DNA of 64,000 nucleotides from Anaeromyxobacter sp. (GTDB taxonomy: Bacteria > Myxococcota > Myxococcia > Myxococcales > Anaeromyxobacteraceae), in NCBI GenBank assembly GCA_049840735.1, contig JASGJN010000022.1:608001-672000 (forward strand), given 5' to 3'. Shown in pieces: positions 9,642-20,069 of the stretch. How positions within the stretch are numbered: the first letter of the stretch is position 1; the number at the start of each line of letters is the position of its first letter. The notes under the pieces were generated by a model. It saw only the letters and a list, made by a program, of their open reading frames with translations, was not told where the DNA came from and searched no databases. Made by a program: the position numbers and the translations under genes.

Positions 9642-12600
9642 TCACGTTCCCAGGACGACCTCCGCCACCTCGCCCCGGACCGGCAGGTGGATGAAGGTGC
9701 CGCGCAGCGGCTTGCCCAGCGCCTGGGCCAGCACCCGCGCGTACCAGGCCAGCTGCGGCGCGTACTCCTCCACCAGCCGCCGGTCGCGCTCCTCCGGCCC
9801 CCCCGGGAAGGACTTGTGGTCCACCAGCACGAAGCCGTCGGTCAGCTCCAGCACCAGGTCGGCCTCGCCCACCAGCAGCCGCGGCGGCTCGCCGACGAGC
9901 CGGGCCCGCAGCGGCCACTCGCGGTGCCAGGTAGCCCCCGGGAAGCGCGCCTCGGCCCAGCGCCGCAGCGCGTCGGCCGCGCCCAGCAGCGCCTCCGGCG
10001 GGAGCGCCCCGGTCACGTCGAAGCCAGCCAGCAGCCGCTCCGCCATGGCGCGGCGCTGCGCCGGCGGGCCGCCGTCGTCGGCCGCCAGGAAGGCGTGGAG
10101 GGCGTCGCCCACCGCGCGCATGTCCGAGGCGGCCGCCAGCGGAGCCCGTCCGGCCAGCGGCGTCACCGAGGCCACGCGGGCCGAGACCGGCAACGGCTCG
10201 GCGGACGGGTTCACGATCTCCCGCGGGCGGGGCGCGGCTGGCGAGGCGGCATACCAGGGCGCCGCCGCTTCCGGCGCCCCCGGTCCCTCCGGCGCGATGG
10301 CCTCGAGCGTGCCCACGGTGCAGCCCCAGCGCCGCTCGCCCAGCCGCACCTCGTCCAGCCCGGCCCTGGCATCGAACGGGAAGCGCGGCTTCAGCGCCGC
10401 GAGCTCCAGGAGCGGCGCCAGCGCGGCCACCCGGGGCCCTTCCTTCTTCCGCTCCACCACCATCCCGAGCAGGTCGCGGGCGCGGGTGAAGATGACGTAG
10501 AGGAGTCGCAGCCGCTCGCGGGCGTCGCGGGCGGTCGCGTCGAGCCCCTCCGGCGACTGGGCCGCCAGGTCGGCCAGCGCCGCGTCCTTGGAGACCTTGC
10601 CGTAGGGCCAGGGCCAGTAGCGGACCCAGCGGCCGGCCAGTGGCGCCTCGAAGCGGAAGCCCGCGGCCGGCACGGTGGTGACCTGGAACGCCGACTGGTC
10701 GCGCTCGTGGTCGAGCTCGGCCAGGATCACCACCGGCCACTCGAGCCCCTTGGAGCGGTGCCAGGTGCTGACCGTCACCGCGTCGTCGGCGCTGGGCATG
10801 GCCTGGCGGTCGGCCTCCGGGTCCTCGCCCAGCACACCCAGGTGCGCCACCAGCCCGAGCACGGTGGAGGCCACCCGGCGGGACCGGCACTGGTCCTCGT
10901 AGGCCCGCGCCACGGCGCGGAGCGCCTCGAGGTTGGCCAGCGCCTGGCCCGGATCCGGCCAGCCGCGCACCACCTCGCCCAGCCGCCCGGCCCGCAGCGC
11001 CAGGTCGAAGGCCTCCGACGGCGAGAGCGCGCCGGCCTGCCCCGCCGCCTCGCGCAGCGCGTTCACCCGCGGCTCTTCGGCGAACGGGAGCGGCCGCTCC
11101 GGCGCGACCTCGCCCCGGGCCTCGGCCTCGCCGCGCGCGGTCTTCCAGGCCCGGGTGGTCTCGAGCAGCCCGGAGAGCCAGCCGTCGGGGTCGGCCGCGG
11201 CCGGGCCGGAGAGCCAGCTCACCTCCAGCGCCGCCACCCCGTCGCGCGGGTCGGCCATGAGCGCCACCGCCGCGCGGGCCAGCCGCCCCTCCGGCGTGGT
11301 GGAGAGCCCGCTGGCCGCCACCCGCGCGGCGATGCCGCGGGCGCGCAGCGCGGTGGCGATGGCGGAGCAGCGGTCGTTCCGGTAGGCGAGCACCGCCACG
11401 TCGCGCCGGGTGACCGGCCGGAGCCGCTCGCCGCCGTCCGCCAGCCGCTCCCTCACCCGTAGCTCCGGCCGGCGGGCCAGCAGCGCCTCCACCGCCTCCG
11501 CCATCGCCTGCGCCTCGGAGCGAGGCGGCTCGCCCTCCTTGGCCCGTCCGCCGGTCCAGCTCCAGAGCGCGAAGGGTGGCTGCGCGGCCAGCGCCGCCGG
11601 CTCCTCCGGCCGCTCCGGCTGGAGCACCACCTGGTCGCGCGGGATGGCCTGCCCCGCGAAGGCGCCGGCGAACAGCTCGGAGGTGAACTCGACCAGCTGG
11701 GCCCGGGACCGGTAGGAGGTGGCCAGGATCTCCGGCGAGCCGCCGCCCAGCACCGTATCGAGGGCGGCCGTCATCAGCTCCGGGTCGGAGCCCTGGAAGC
11801 CGAAGATGGCCTGCTTGCGGTCCCCCACCCAGATGCTGCGCCGGGCCAGCCCGCCCAGCGCGGTGACCACCGCCAGCTGCAGCGGGAGGTGTCCTGCACC
11901 TCGTCCACCAGCACCAGGTCGAGCCGGTCGCGCAGCACCGCCTGCACGGCCGGGAGGCCCAGCACGCGGTGCCCGTGGGCCAGCATGTCGGCGAAGTCGA
12001 CCACGCGCGCCAGCGCCTTCTCGCGCACGAACGCGTCCAGCGCCTCCGCCGCCAGCTCGAACAGCTCGGCCTGGAAGCCCAGCAGGTCCTCCTGGAAGCC
12101 GCGGCAGGCGAGGTGGCGCGCCACCCACTCGCGGAAGGGCCCTGCCCCGGCCGCCAGCTTCTTCGCGCCCACCTCGCTGGCCAGCTTGAGCTGGGCCCGC
12201 CAGACCGGGAACCTGCCCGCCTCGAGCGCCGCCTTCATGCGCTGCGCGGTGCCGAGCCGATCGCGGGCGGCGCCGCCGGACGGTGCGTCCTCCTCCAGCC
12301 TGGGGATCATCCCGGCCAGCGTCTCCCGCAGGCCGGCCAGGTAGGCGGCGCGGTCCAGCGTGGGCGGGCCCAGCAGGCGCGCCAGCCCCTCGCGGCTCCG
12401 CTCCGCCGAGGCGCGCAGATCCTCCGCGCCCAGGCCGTTGGAGCGTGCGGCGTCGATGACCTGTCCCAGCGGCTCGCCCCAGTCCTCGATGTCCAGCCGC
12501 TCCGAGAGCGCGTTGAGCTTCCCCTCGCGCCCGCGCAGCACCTCCGCCCGGGCCCGCGCCAGGATCACCCGGCGCTCGGTCTCCGGCACCGGCTCCAGCC

Positions 12601-12889
12601 AGGGCGAGAGCCCTGACTCGAGCGCGAACTCGCGCAGCAGCCGCTGGCAGACCGCGTGGATGGTCCCGATGTAGCCGTCGCGCACGCGCGCGGCCAGGTC
12701 GGCCTTTCCGGCCTCCAGGAGCCGCCGCCGGATCCGGCTCTCCAGCTCGCGCGCCGCCTTGACCGTGTAGGTGATGGCGACCACGCCCTCCGGCCGCGCG
12801 CGCCCGGCCTCCAGCTCCTCGAAGAGCCGCTTCGCGAGCGTGAAGGTCTTGCCGGTGCCGGCCGAGGCGCTGATGATCTCGAGGTTCAC
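9642..12889 (-). CDS. AddA-like UvrD helicase with C-terminal PD-(D/E)XK nuclease (frameshift near 11885)
   Basis: ISASAGTGKT, YTVKAARE, GTIHAVC, VDEVQDTS, VGDRKQAIFGFQGSD, SYRS, STWHRSKGLEW, RLLYVIFTRAR, GEADLV...VDHKS. GTG 12889 overlaps the upstream TGA. Confidence 0.88.
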
Positions 12890-15607
12890 GGCTCCACCTC
12901 CGACTGGCCCACGGACACCTCGCACAGGACGCTGAACTGGCAGAAGTCGCACCTGGGCGGGTAGCGCCCCGGGTCCTTCCTGCCGGGCACCTCGCCCACC
13001 ACCTCGGCGATCCGCTCGGCCCAGTCGCTCTTCTCGATGGCCACCGGCACGTGGCCCCCGCCCAGCGCCCGCTCCCACAGCGCCAGCGTGCGGCCCGCGA
13101 TCTGCAGCGTCTCCTCCAGCGACGGCCCCTGCGCCTCGACGGCGGTGGGGAAGGCGTGGAGCGAGTGGGCCAGGAGCTCACCATCCTGCAGCACCAGATA
13201 GCCCGCCGGAGGCAGCTTGCCGCCCTGGGGGCCCAGCATCCGCGCGTAGAGCGCCAGCTGCAGCCCCTGCCCCTGCTCCAGCTCCTTGCGACGGTAGGTG
13301 AAGCGGCCCAGCTTGAGGTCCAGCACGGCGCGCGCGCCGTCCTTGCGCCGGCGCAGCACCAGGTCGGCGTAGCCCTCCACCGGGTGGCCGGCGAACTCGC
13401 CCGCGAGCGGCGTCTCGACGCCCACCACCTCCCAGTCGCCGGCGTGCAGGTGGCGGACCAGCGCCGCCGCCGCGCCCCCGGCCAGCCGGCGCGCCCGGTC
13501 CAGCGCCAGCTCCTGTCCGCGCTGCACCAGCGGCGCCGCCTCGCCCGCCACCCGCGCGTCGAAGGCGCGCTCCACGTGCGCCTGCGCGTCCGCCTCGGAG
13601 AGCCCGGCCAGCGGCAGCGCCCGCGGCCCGTGCACCAGATCCTGCAGCAGCGCGTGGACGAACGTGCCCAGCAGCTGCGAGCCCTCCGGCAGCTGCAGGG
13701 CCCGCCCTGGCCGCAGGCCGGCGCCGTACTGGAGCAGCCACTGCAGCGGGCAGCCCAGCAAGGACATGAGCTGCGTGGCGGACTGCGTGCCGGTGACCTC
13801 CACCGGAGCGACGCGCCAGAGCGTGCGCGGCGCGATGGGCGCCGCGGGCGGGATGGCGGTCAGCCGTGGCGCCCAGCCCGGCGCCCGCCCGGCCAGGACC
13901 TGCTCGGACGAGAACCGTGCACGCCGCCAGCCCACCCGCCGCTGCTCGCGTCTCCAGCTCGTCCAGGAACGGGTGCGGCTGCAGCACCTCGATGCCGGAG
14001 AGCCGCCAGCGCACCAGGGTCACGCCCTCGCTGGCGGCCAGCACCGTCCGGCGCCAGCTCCAGGCCTCCAGCGCGCGCCGCGCACCCGGCGCAGGCAGCT
14101 CCACCCCCGCGGCCGCCAGCGCGTCCGCCTCCGCGCTGGACCAGCCGTCCGGCGCGCCGCCCACCTCCACGTCCTGCACGAACCCCCACCAGATGACCTG
14201 CTCCGCTCCCGGCAGCACCGCGCCCGCCCGCGGCGCCAGCGCCGGCCGCCCCGCCTCCGGCGCGCAGGCCGCGCGGTCGGCCCCGCTCCCCACCGCCAGC
14301 GCGTGCAGCTGCAGGAGGGCTACCGGGGTGAGCCGCTGGTCCGCGGGGCGCGCCAGGAGCACCCGCTCCAGCGCCCGCGCCACCGCCGCAGCCTGCGCCC
14401 AGAGCGGCGCAGCCTCGTCGTCGGAGCCGGCCCGTCCACCGAGCCAGGTGGCCACCTGCCGCGTGTGCTCGAGCGCGTGGGCCACCGCCAGCCCCTCGTG
14501 CGGATCGGCCAGCGGGGGACCGAACCAGGCGCTGATGCGCTGCTCCAGCGTCGGCCCGTGCGCCTCGTCCCGCGCGGCCGCCTCCGCCGCGAGCTCCTGC
14601 ACCGCCTCCTGCCAGGCCGGGCTCCAGACGGCGGGCATGTGCGTGAGCGCCTCGAGCAGGCGGCGCTTCGTGACGCCCGGGAGCGGCCCGCCCGGCAGGA
14701 GCAGCAGCTCCGCCGCGCGGAACGGGTCCTGCGGCCCGTAGGCCAGCAGGAGCCGCAGCGGCAAGACTTGAAGCTGCGGGCGCAGCGCCGAGGTGACCCC
14801 CAGCCCCAGCGTGGGCAGCCCCTGCCGCAGCAGCGCCGCGTCGAGCGCGTCCGGCTCGGCGGCGGCCAGCAGCGTGGTGGCCGCCGGGGGCTGCTGCCGG
14901 AGCAGGTCTGCGGTCAGCTCCGCCGCCTCCAGCGCCGTGTCGGCCTCCAGCAGCCGGAACGACCCGTCGCCGCGGAGGCCGGCGCGCGGGGCGTCGGGAT
15001 CGAGCAGCGCCGACTGCAGCGCCGCCAGGTCGGTGCCGGCCGCGGCGCGGACCCCGCATCCGCTGAAGGACCGGTCATGGTCGCGCCCGCCGCGGCCAGC
15101 GCGTCCAGCAGCCGGCGCACCAGCGGCTCGAAGGCGATGGGCGGCGCGCACAGCTCCAGCGTGAGCGGCTCGGCGAGGTGGCCGGCCTGCGCCAGCAGCG
15201 TCGCCAGCTGCGCCAGCGCGTCGGGCAGGCCCGGCGGCAGCCGCTCCGGCCGTGCCTCCAGCCGCGCCAGGTCGGCGAGCCGCTCGCTGCCGGCCAGCGC
15301 CTGGCCGGTCCAGGCCCATCATCTTCAGGCGATCGCGCAGGGCGAGCAGGAACGCGGCCACGCCGAAGGTGTCGCTGGCGCGGGAGGCCGAGTAGGCGCG
15401 CGCGCCGTCGTCGTCCGCGTCGAGCCGGGTCGCGAACGCGGCCAGCCGGTCGGGGGCGCTGGCCAGGTCCGGCGCGGCGCCCACCAGGCGGGCCACGCGG
15501 CGGGCCAGCCCCAGCGGACCGACGCACTCCCAGCCCGCGCGCGCCGTCGCGAGCGCGTGGCGCCAGGCCGTGCCGCCGTCGTGAGGTGTGAGGAGCAGCT
15601 GGAGCAT
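12886..15607 (-). CDS. AddB-like PD-(D/E)XK nuclease with Fe-S cysteines (three apparent frameshifts near 15313, 15055 and 13912)
   Basis: Pieces in ORFs 13178..15607, 14914..15120 and 12886..13935. SATQL..LLGCPLQW, GTFVH, GYADL, LDLK, QLALY, CDFCQFSVLC. Confidence 0.8.
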
Positions 15608-15691
15608 GGGTCCCCCGGAGCTTCTGCAATTCTAGAGCCGAGGCGGACATGAGCGGCAGACGGGCATTTCCCGTACATCGCGCCGCCGGGA

Positions 15692-15710
15692 TGGTCCGCG
15701 GCGCGGACCA
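15692..15710. promoter_or_regulatory. Candidate operator palindrome TGGTCCGC-N3-GCGGACCA (copy A)
   Basis: Lies in the divergent intergenic region; same arms as the copy at 18454-18472. Confidence 0.45.
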
Positions 15711-15831
15711 CAGGTCCGCCGTTCGTCCGCTCGCCGGGCCCTCCGGAGCCGGAATCACGGGGGAAAGGCGCTGGCCCACCGCTCGCAGTGGACCCGCGGC
15801 ACGGCCGCCTTCACCGGCCGCGGGAGAGACC

Positions 15832-17306
15832 TTGGACACCTCGGCCACCTGGCGCATCCGCATCACCTGTGACGCAACCCCGGGCTGGCGCTGCACCGTC
15901 GAGTGCAGCGGCCACCACACGCTGGCCGAGCTGCGCGACGTCGCGTTCGAGGCCTACAATCTGAGGAAGGGCGCGCCCGCCGACTTCTTCCTGTCCGGCG
16001 AGAAGTTCGAATCGGGCCACCGCGCTGGTCGCCGATGGCACGCCGCTGGCGGAGCTGCAGCTCCCGGCGGGCCATCGCTTCCTCCTCAGCCCGTTCGATC
16101 ACCTGCTGAACCTCGAGCTGGTGGTGGAGGCGGTGCGGCCGGAGCCCGGGCCGGAGCGCCCGGAGGTGGTGGAGCAGGGCGGCGCCGTCGGATCACGGCG
16201 CGCTGCCCCCGGAGCTCAAGGTGACGCAGGTGACCGAGGAGGTAGGCGCCCTCGGGAACGCGCTCTGGATGGACGGCTGCGCCTTCCACGAGGCGGCGCG
16301 TGGCTTCACCAGCTCCACCGAGCTGGAGACGCGGGCCGTGCGCGTGCTGCAGCTCCTGGAGCGGACGCTGCCGCGGATGGCGGCGGTCCCGGACGCTGCG
16401 GCCTGCGCGTTCTTCGGCGGCGCCGGGCAGGACCTGCCGCGCTACCTGCTGGTGCTGCGCGACGCCGGGCCGGAGCTGCTGGAGCGGACCTTCACCGCCA
16501 TGCAGCCGCTGACGCCGGACACCCGCCGCAAGCCGCTGCCCGCGCCGCTGCTGGCGCGCCTCCTCGCCACCACCAATCCGCGTGAGCAGCCCGGCTCCCA
16601 GCTCGACTGCTTCGACCCGGAGGTGCTCGCCCCGCTGGCCGGCGAGGTGACGCGCGAGCTGGAGGGCTCGCGCGAGCGGATGGACGCCATGACGCTCCTC
16701 ACCGGCGTGCACGTGATGGCCTGGCTGGACGAGGTGACCTACGTGCTGGCCCAGCACCGGCGGCTGGACGAGCTGCGCACCATCGCCGCGCAGCAGGCGG
16801 TGGTGACGTGCAGCCGGTGGCCGCTGGTGCACGCGGCGCTGGCCCTGGCCAAGTCGCGTGCCCACCCGGAGGCCCGCGAGCTGCTGGAGCTCGCGGACAC
16901 GTTCGGGGCGCCTGCCAGCGACCTCGACCGGTGCCTGCGCGCGGAGGTGCTCCGGAGGATCGGCGAGGAGGCGCGGGCGGAGGAGGCGCTGCGCGGGGTG
17001 CTCCAGCAGCGCTGGGTCAGCGAGCGGATCCACCAGGTGGCGCTCCGCGAGCTGAAGGATCTGCTGGAGGAGCAGGGGCGCAAGGACGAGCTCCGGGCCC
17101 TCCGGGAGGAGGCGGCGCGCTGGCGCGAGCGGGTGGACCAGCAGTTCGAGCGGTTCGAGCGATCGCCGCACCGGATGGCCTACCGGGAGGAGGAGCGGCA
17201 GGTGCCCCAGCCGCTCCGTCCGCTGCGCGCCGGTCCCAGCCGCGGCCGGAACGAGCGCTGCGCCTGCGGCAGCGGCAGGAAGGTGAAGCGGTGCTGCGGC
17301 GTGTGA
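15832..17306 (+). CDS. pRiA4b ORF-3-like N-terminal domain + helical region + SEC-C motif protein (frameshifts near 16010 and 16190)
   Basis: WRIRITC..WRCTVECSGHHTLAELRDVAFEAY..FFL..TPLAELQL..F..L.LELVVE. C-terminus GRNERCACGSGRKVKRCCG. TTG start uncertain. Confidence 0.6.
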
Positions 17307-17399
17307 CCGCGTGAGGTTCGTGGGGCGGCGGGCGGGGGCGGCCGGGTCTCGCGGGCGCCGGCCCGTCCTCGCCCGCCTGCTCCAGGATCCTCCACACGC

Positions 17400-18365
17400 T
17401 CACTTCAAGCCGGCGGCCTGCAGCGACGCGATGGAGCGCTGGTCGGTCTCGTTGAGGCGGAAGTCGAGCGCGGCGACGAAGCCGTCCACCTGCGAGGGGT
17501 TGCGGGCGCCCACGATCGCGCCCGTCACCTCCGGCCGCCGCAGCACCCACGCCAGCGCCATGACCGCGGCCGAGACGCCGTGGCGCGCGCCGATGGTCCG
17601 GAGCAGCGCCTGCATGCCCAGGTTCCTGGTCAGGCGCGGCTCGCGGAACTCCAGGCTCTTCGTGCGCCAGTCGTCCGGCGGGAGGGCGGCGATCCGGTCG
17701 CGGGTCATCGAGCCGGTGAGCAGGCCCGCCTGCATGGGTGAGTAGACGATCACGCCGATGCCGTGCTGGGCGCAGTAGGGCAGCAGCTCCTGCTCGATGT
17801 CCGGCTTCACCGCCGAGTAGGGCGGCTGCACCGAGGTGACCGGCGCGATCTTCCGTGCGCGCTCCAGCTGGGAGACGTCGAAGTTGGACACGCCAATCCA
17901 GCGGACCTTGCCCTCCTCCTTCAGCTTGGCGAGCGTCTCCCAACCCTCCTCGAGGTCGGCGGCCGGGTTGGGCCAGTGGATCTGGTAGAGGTCGATCTGC
18001 TCCACGCCCAGCCGCTTGAGGCTGGCCTCGCACTCGCGCCGGATCGAGTCGCCCTTGAGCGAGTTGGTCACCTTCCGGTGCTCGTCCCAGACCAGCGAGC
18101 ACTTGGTGAAGAGGTACGGGCGCTCCTTGTGGTGCCGGTTGCGCACCGCCTTGCCGACGATCTCCTCGGAGTGGCCGAGCCCGTAGACCGCGGCCGTGTC
18201 GATCCAGTTGATGCCCTGATCGAGCGCCCGGAGGATGGCCGAGATCGAGGCCTGGTCGTCCTGCGGCCCCCACCCGAACTGCCAGTCACCGCCGCCGGTG
18301 GCCCAGCTGCCGAAGCCCAGCGGGGAGAGTTCGAGGTCCGAGTTGCCGAGCCTGCGCTTCTGCAT
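17400..18365 (-). CDS. Aldo/keto reductase
   Basis: MQKRRLGNSDL, GINWIDTAAVYG, IDLYQIHWP, GKVRWIGVSNF, YSPMQAGLLTG, IVGARN. Confidence 0.95.
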   Translation of the reverse strand: MQKRRLGNSDLELSPLGFGSWATGGGDWQFGWGPQDDQASISAILRALDQGINWIDTAAVYGLGHSEEIVGKAVRNRHHKERPYLFTKCSLVWDEHRKVTNSLKGDSIRRECEASLKRLGVEQIDLYQIHWPNPAADLEEGWETLAKLKEEGKVRWIGVSNFDVSQLERARKIAPVTSVQPPYSAVKPDIEQELLPYCAQHGIGVIVYSPMQAGLLTGSMTRDRIAALPPDDWRTKSLEFREPRLTRNLGMQALLRTIGARHGVSAAVMALAWVLRRPEVTGAIVGARNPSQVDGFVAALDFRLNETDQRSIASLQAAGLK

Positions 18366-18453
18366 GGGCACCCTCCGAGGCGATCCAGCCTGGAATGTAG
18401 CGCCCGCCCGGGCGGCGCGCCTCTTTACGCCCACCGGCCGTTCCGCGGACCCT

Positions 18454-18472
18454 TGGTCCGCCGCGCGGACCA
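18454..18472. promoter_or_regulatory. Candidate operator palindrome TGGTCCGC-N3-GCGGACCA (copy B)
   Basis: Divergent intergenic region upstream of the HExxGH-XPB operon. Confidence 0.45.
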
Positions 18473-18575
18473 TCGCGCCGATATCGCCACGCGGCGATCG
18501 CCCTGTTTGCAGCGATCTCCGCGGCGGCATGCGCCTCGCAAAACGGCCCCGGGCCACCCACGCCGAGGTCGTCCC

Positions 18576-20066
18576 ATGTCCCTCCCAACCGTCTCTTCCT
18601 CGTCCCCCTCCCTCCCTCCCTTCACCCAGCCTGCCGCCAACGAGGAGGTCCCCACGCTCCGCTCCGCGCGGAGCGACGCCGCCGCCCTCGCCACCGCGGC
18701 CCCCGAGGCGTCCGCGGTGGCCCGCATCGCGCCGCGACCGCTGGCGGACCCCACCACGCTGGCCGGCCTCCGCGACTGCGTGGAGGACGCGCGGGCCGCG
18801 GCGCTCGCCGGCGGCAACGGGCCGCCCGACCCCGCCACGTACGCCGCGCTGGTGCAGCGGCTCGAGCAGGCGCTCCCCAGGCTCCCGGAGGCCTACCGGA
18901 AGGGCGTCGGGGAGCCGCTGCTGGAGACCCTCCGCCAGCTGGGGCCGGACGGCTACCGGCACGTGCTGCGGGCCGATCCAGACCTCACCGGGCCGGGGCG
19001 GCTGCTGCTCGACGTCTCGCAGGCCGTGCTCCAGCACGCCGAGGGCTACAAGCCCAAGGCGACCGGCGCGTTCCAGGAGGTGGTGAGCGACCTCTACGAC
19101 GGCTTCCTCGCCAGCGAGTCCAGCGCGGGCGTGAAGGCGCCGGAGGGCGGGGTGCTGCCGCCGCTGGTGCGCTGGGGCAGCGCCGACTCCGGGCCGTACA
19201 CCTGGCCGGTCACCGACACGCGCAAGGTGGATGCCAAGGCGCCCATCGTGAGCCTGCCGGTGGCCAACGCCAGCGGCGGCCTCTTGGCCTGGCCTGCGCT
19301 GGCGCACGAGACCGTCGGGCACGACATCCTGGCGGCGGACAAGGGGCTCAAGAAGGAGCTGGCCACCGACGTCCGCAAGGCGCTCATCGACGCCCGGCTC
19401 GATCCCGCCATCGCCGACTACTGGGCCAGCCGCATCGACGAGACCGCCTCCGACGTGATGGGCGTCCTCAACATGGGGCCGGCCGCAGCGGTCGGGCTGA
19501 TCGGCTACTTCCGCGGGGTGCTCGGCGCGGTGAGCGGCTCGCCGCGCCTGCGCACCGAGGGGAGCAGCGGCGACCCGCATCCGGCCGACCTGCTGCGCGC
19601 CTACGTGGCGGCGGAGACGGTGCGGCAGCTGGAGTTCAAGGGGGCGGGGCGCTGGGCCGACAAGCTCGTCACCGAGGCCGACAAGGACCTCGACACCATC
19701 CGGCTGGGCGACCTGCGCATCACCGCCGGCGTCGCCAAGCTCTCGGCGCAGATCGTGGCGCGCACCATCGTCCAGAGCCGGCTCAAGGCGCTGGAGGGGC
19801 GCTCGCTGGGGCAGATCCAGAACTGGAGCGACCAGGACGAGGCCGTGGTGGCCGGGCTCCGGGCCCGGATGCAGCCCGGCGCCGCGGGTGGGGCGGCGCA
19901 GTGGGCCGAGGGCGCCTACGCGGCCCACGCCGTGGCGGCCGGCGTGTACGAGGCGGTGGCGCAGCCCGGGCGCGTGGCCGAGGCCATGGCCAGGACCATC
20001 GCGCTGCTCGACCAGATGCACGCGAAGAACCCGTCGTGGACCATCCAGGAGCGTAGGGCGGGGTAG
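18576..20066 (+). CDS. Hypothetical protein with zincin-like HExxGH motif (putative metallopeptidase)
   Basis: GAGG RBS before ATG 18576; ALAHETVGHDIL, IDETASD, DPHP. Stop lies 3 nt before the XPB start. Confidence 0.6.
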   Translation: MSLPTVSSSSPSLPPFTQPAANEEVPTLRSARSDAAALATAAPEASAVARIAPRPLADPTTLAGLRDCVEDARAAALAGGNGPPDPATYAALVQRLEQALPRLPEAYRKGVGEPLLETLRQLGPDGYRHVLRADPDLTGPGRLLLDVSQAVLQHAEGYKPKATGAFQEVVSDLYDGFLASESSAGVKAPEGGVLPPLVRWGSADSGPYTWPVTDTRKVDAKAPIVSLPVANASGGLLAWPALAHETVGHDILAADKGLKKELATDVRKALIDARLDPAIADYWASRIDETASDVMGVLNMGPAAAVGLIGYFRGVLGAVSGSPRLRTEGSSGDPHPADLLRAYVAAETVRQLEFKGAGRWADKLVTEADKDLDTIRLGDLRITAGVAKLSAQIVARTIVQSRLKALEGRSLGQIQNWSDQDEAVVAGLRARMQPGAAGGAAQWAEGAYAAHAVAAGVYEAVAQPGRVAEAMARTIALLDQMHAKNPSWTIQERRAG

Positions 20067-20069
20067 GGG

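Noticed and set aside
12886..13935. Cas4 / CRISPR adaptation gene
   Set aside because: It is the C-terminal nuclease of a frameshifted AddB-like gene; no cas1/cas2 or array nearby.
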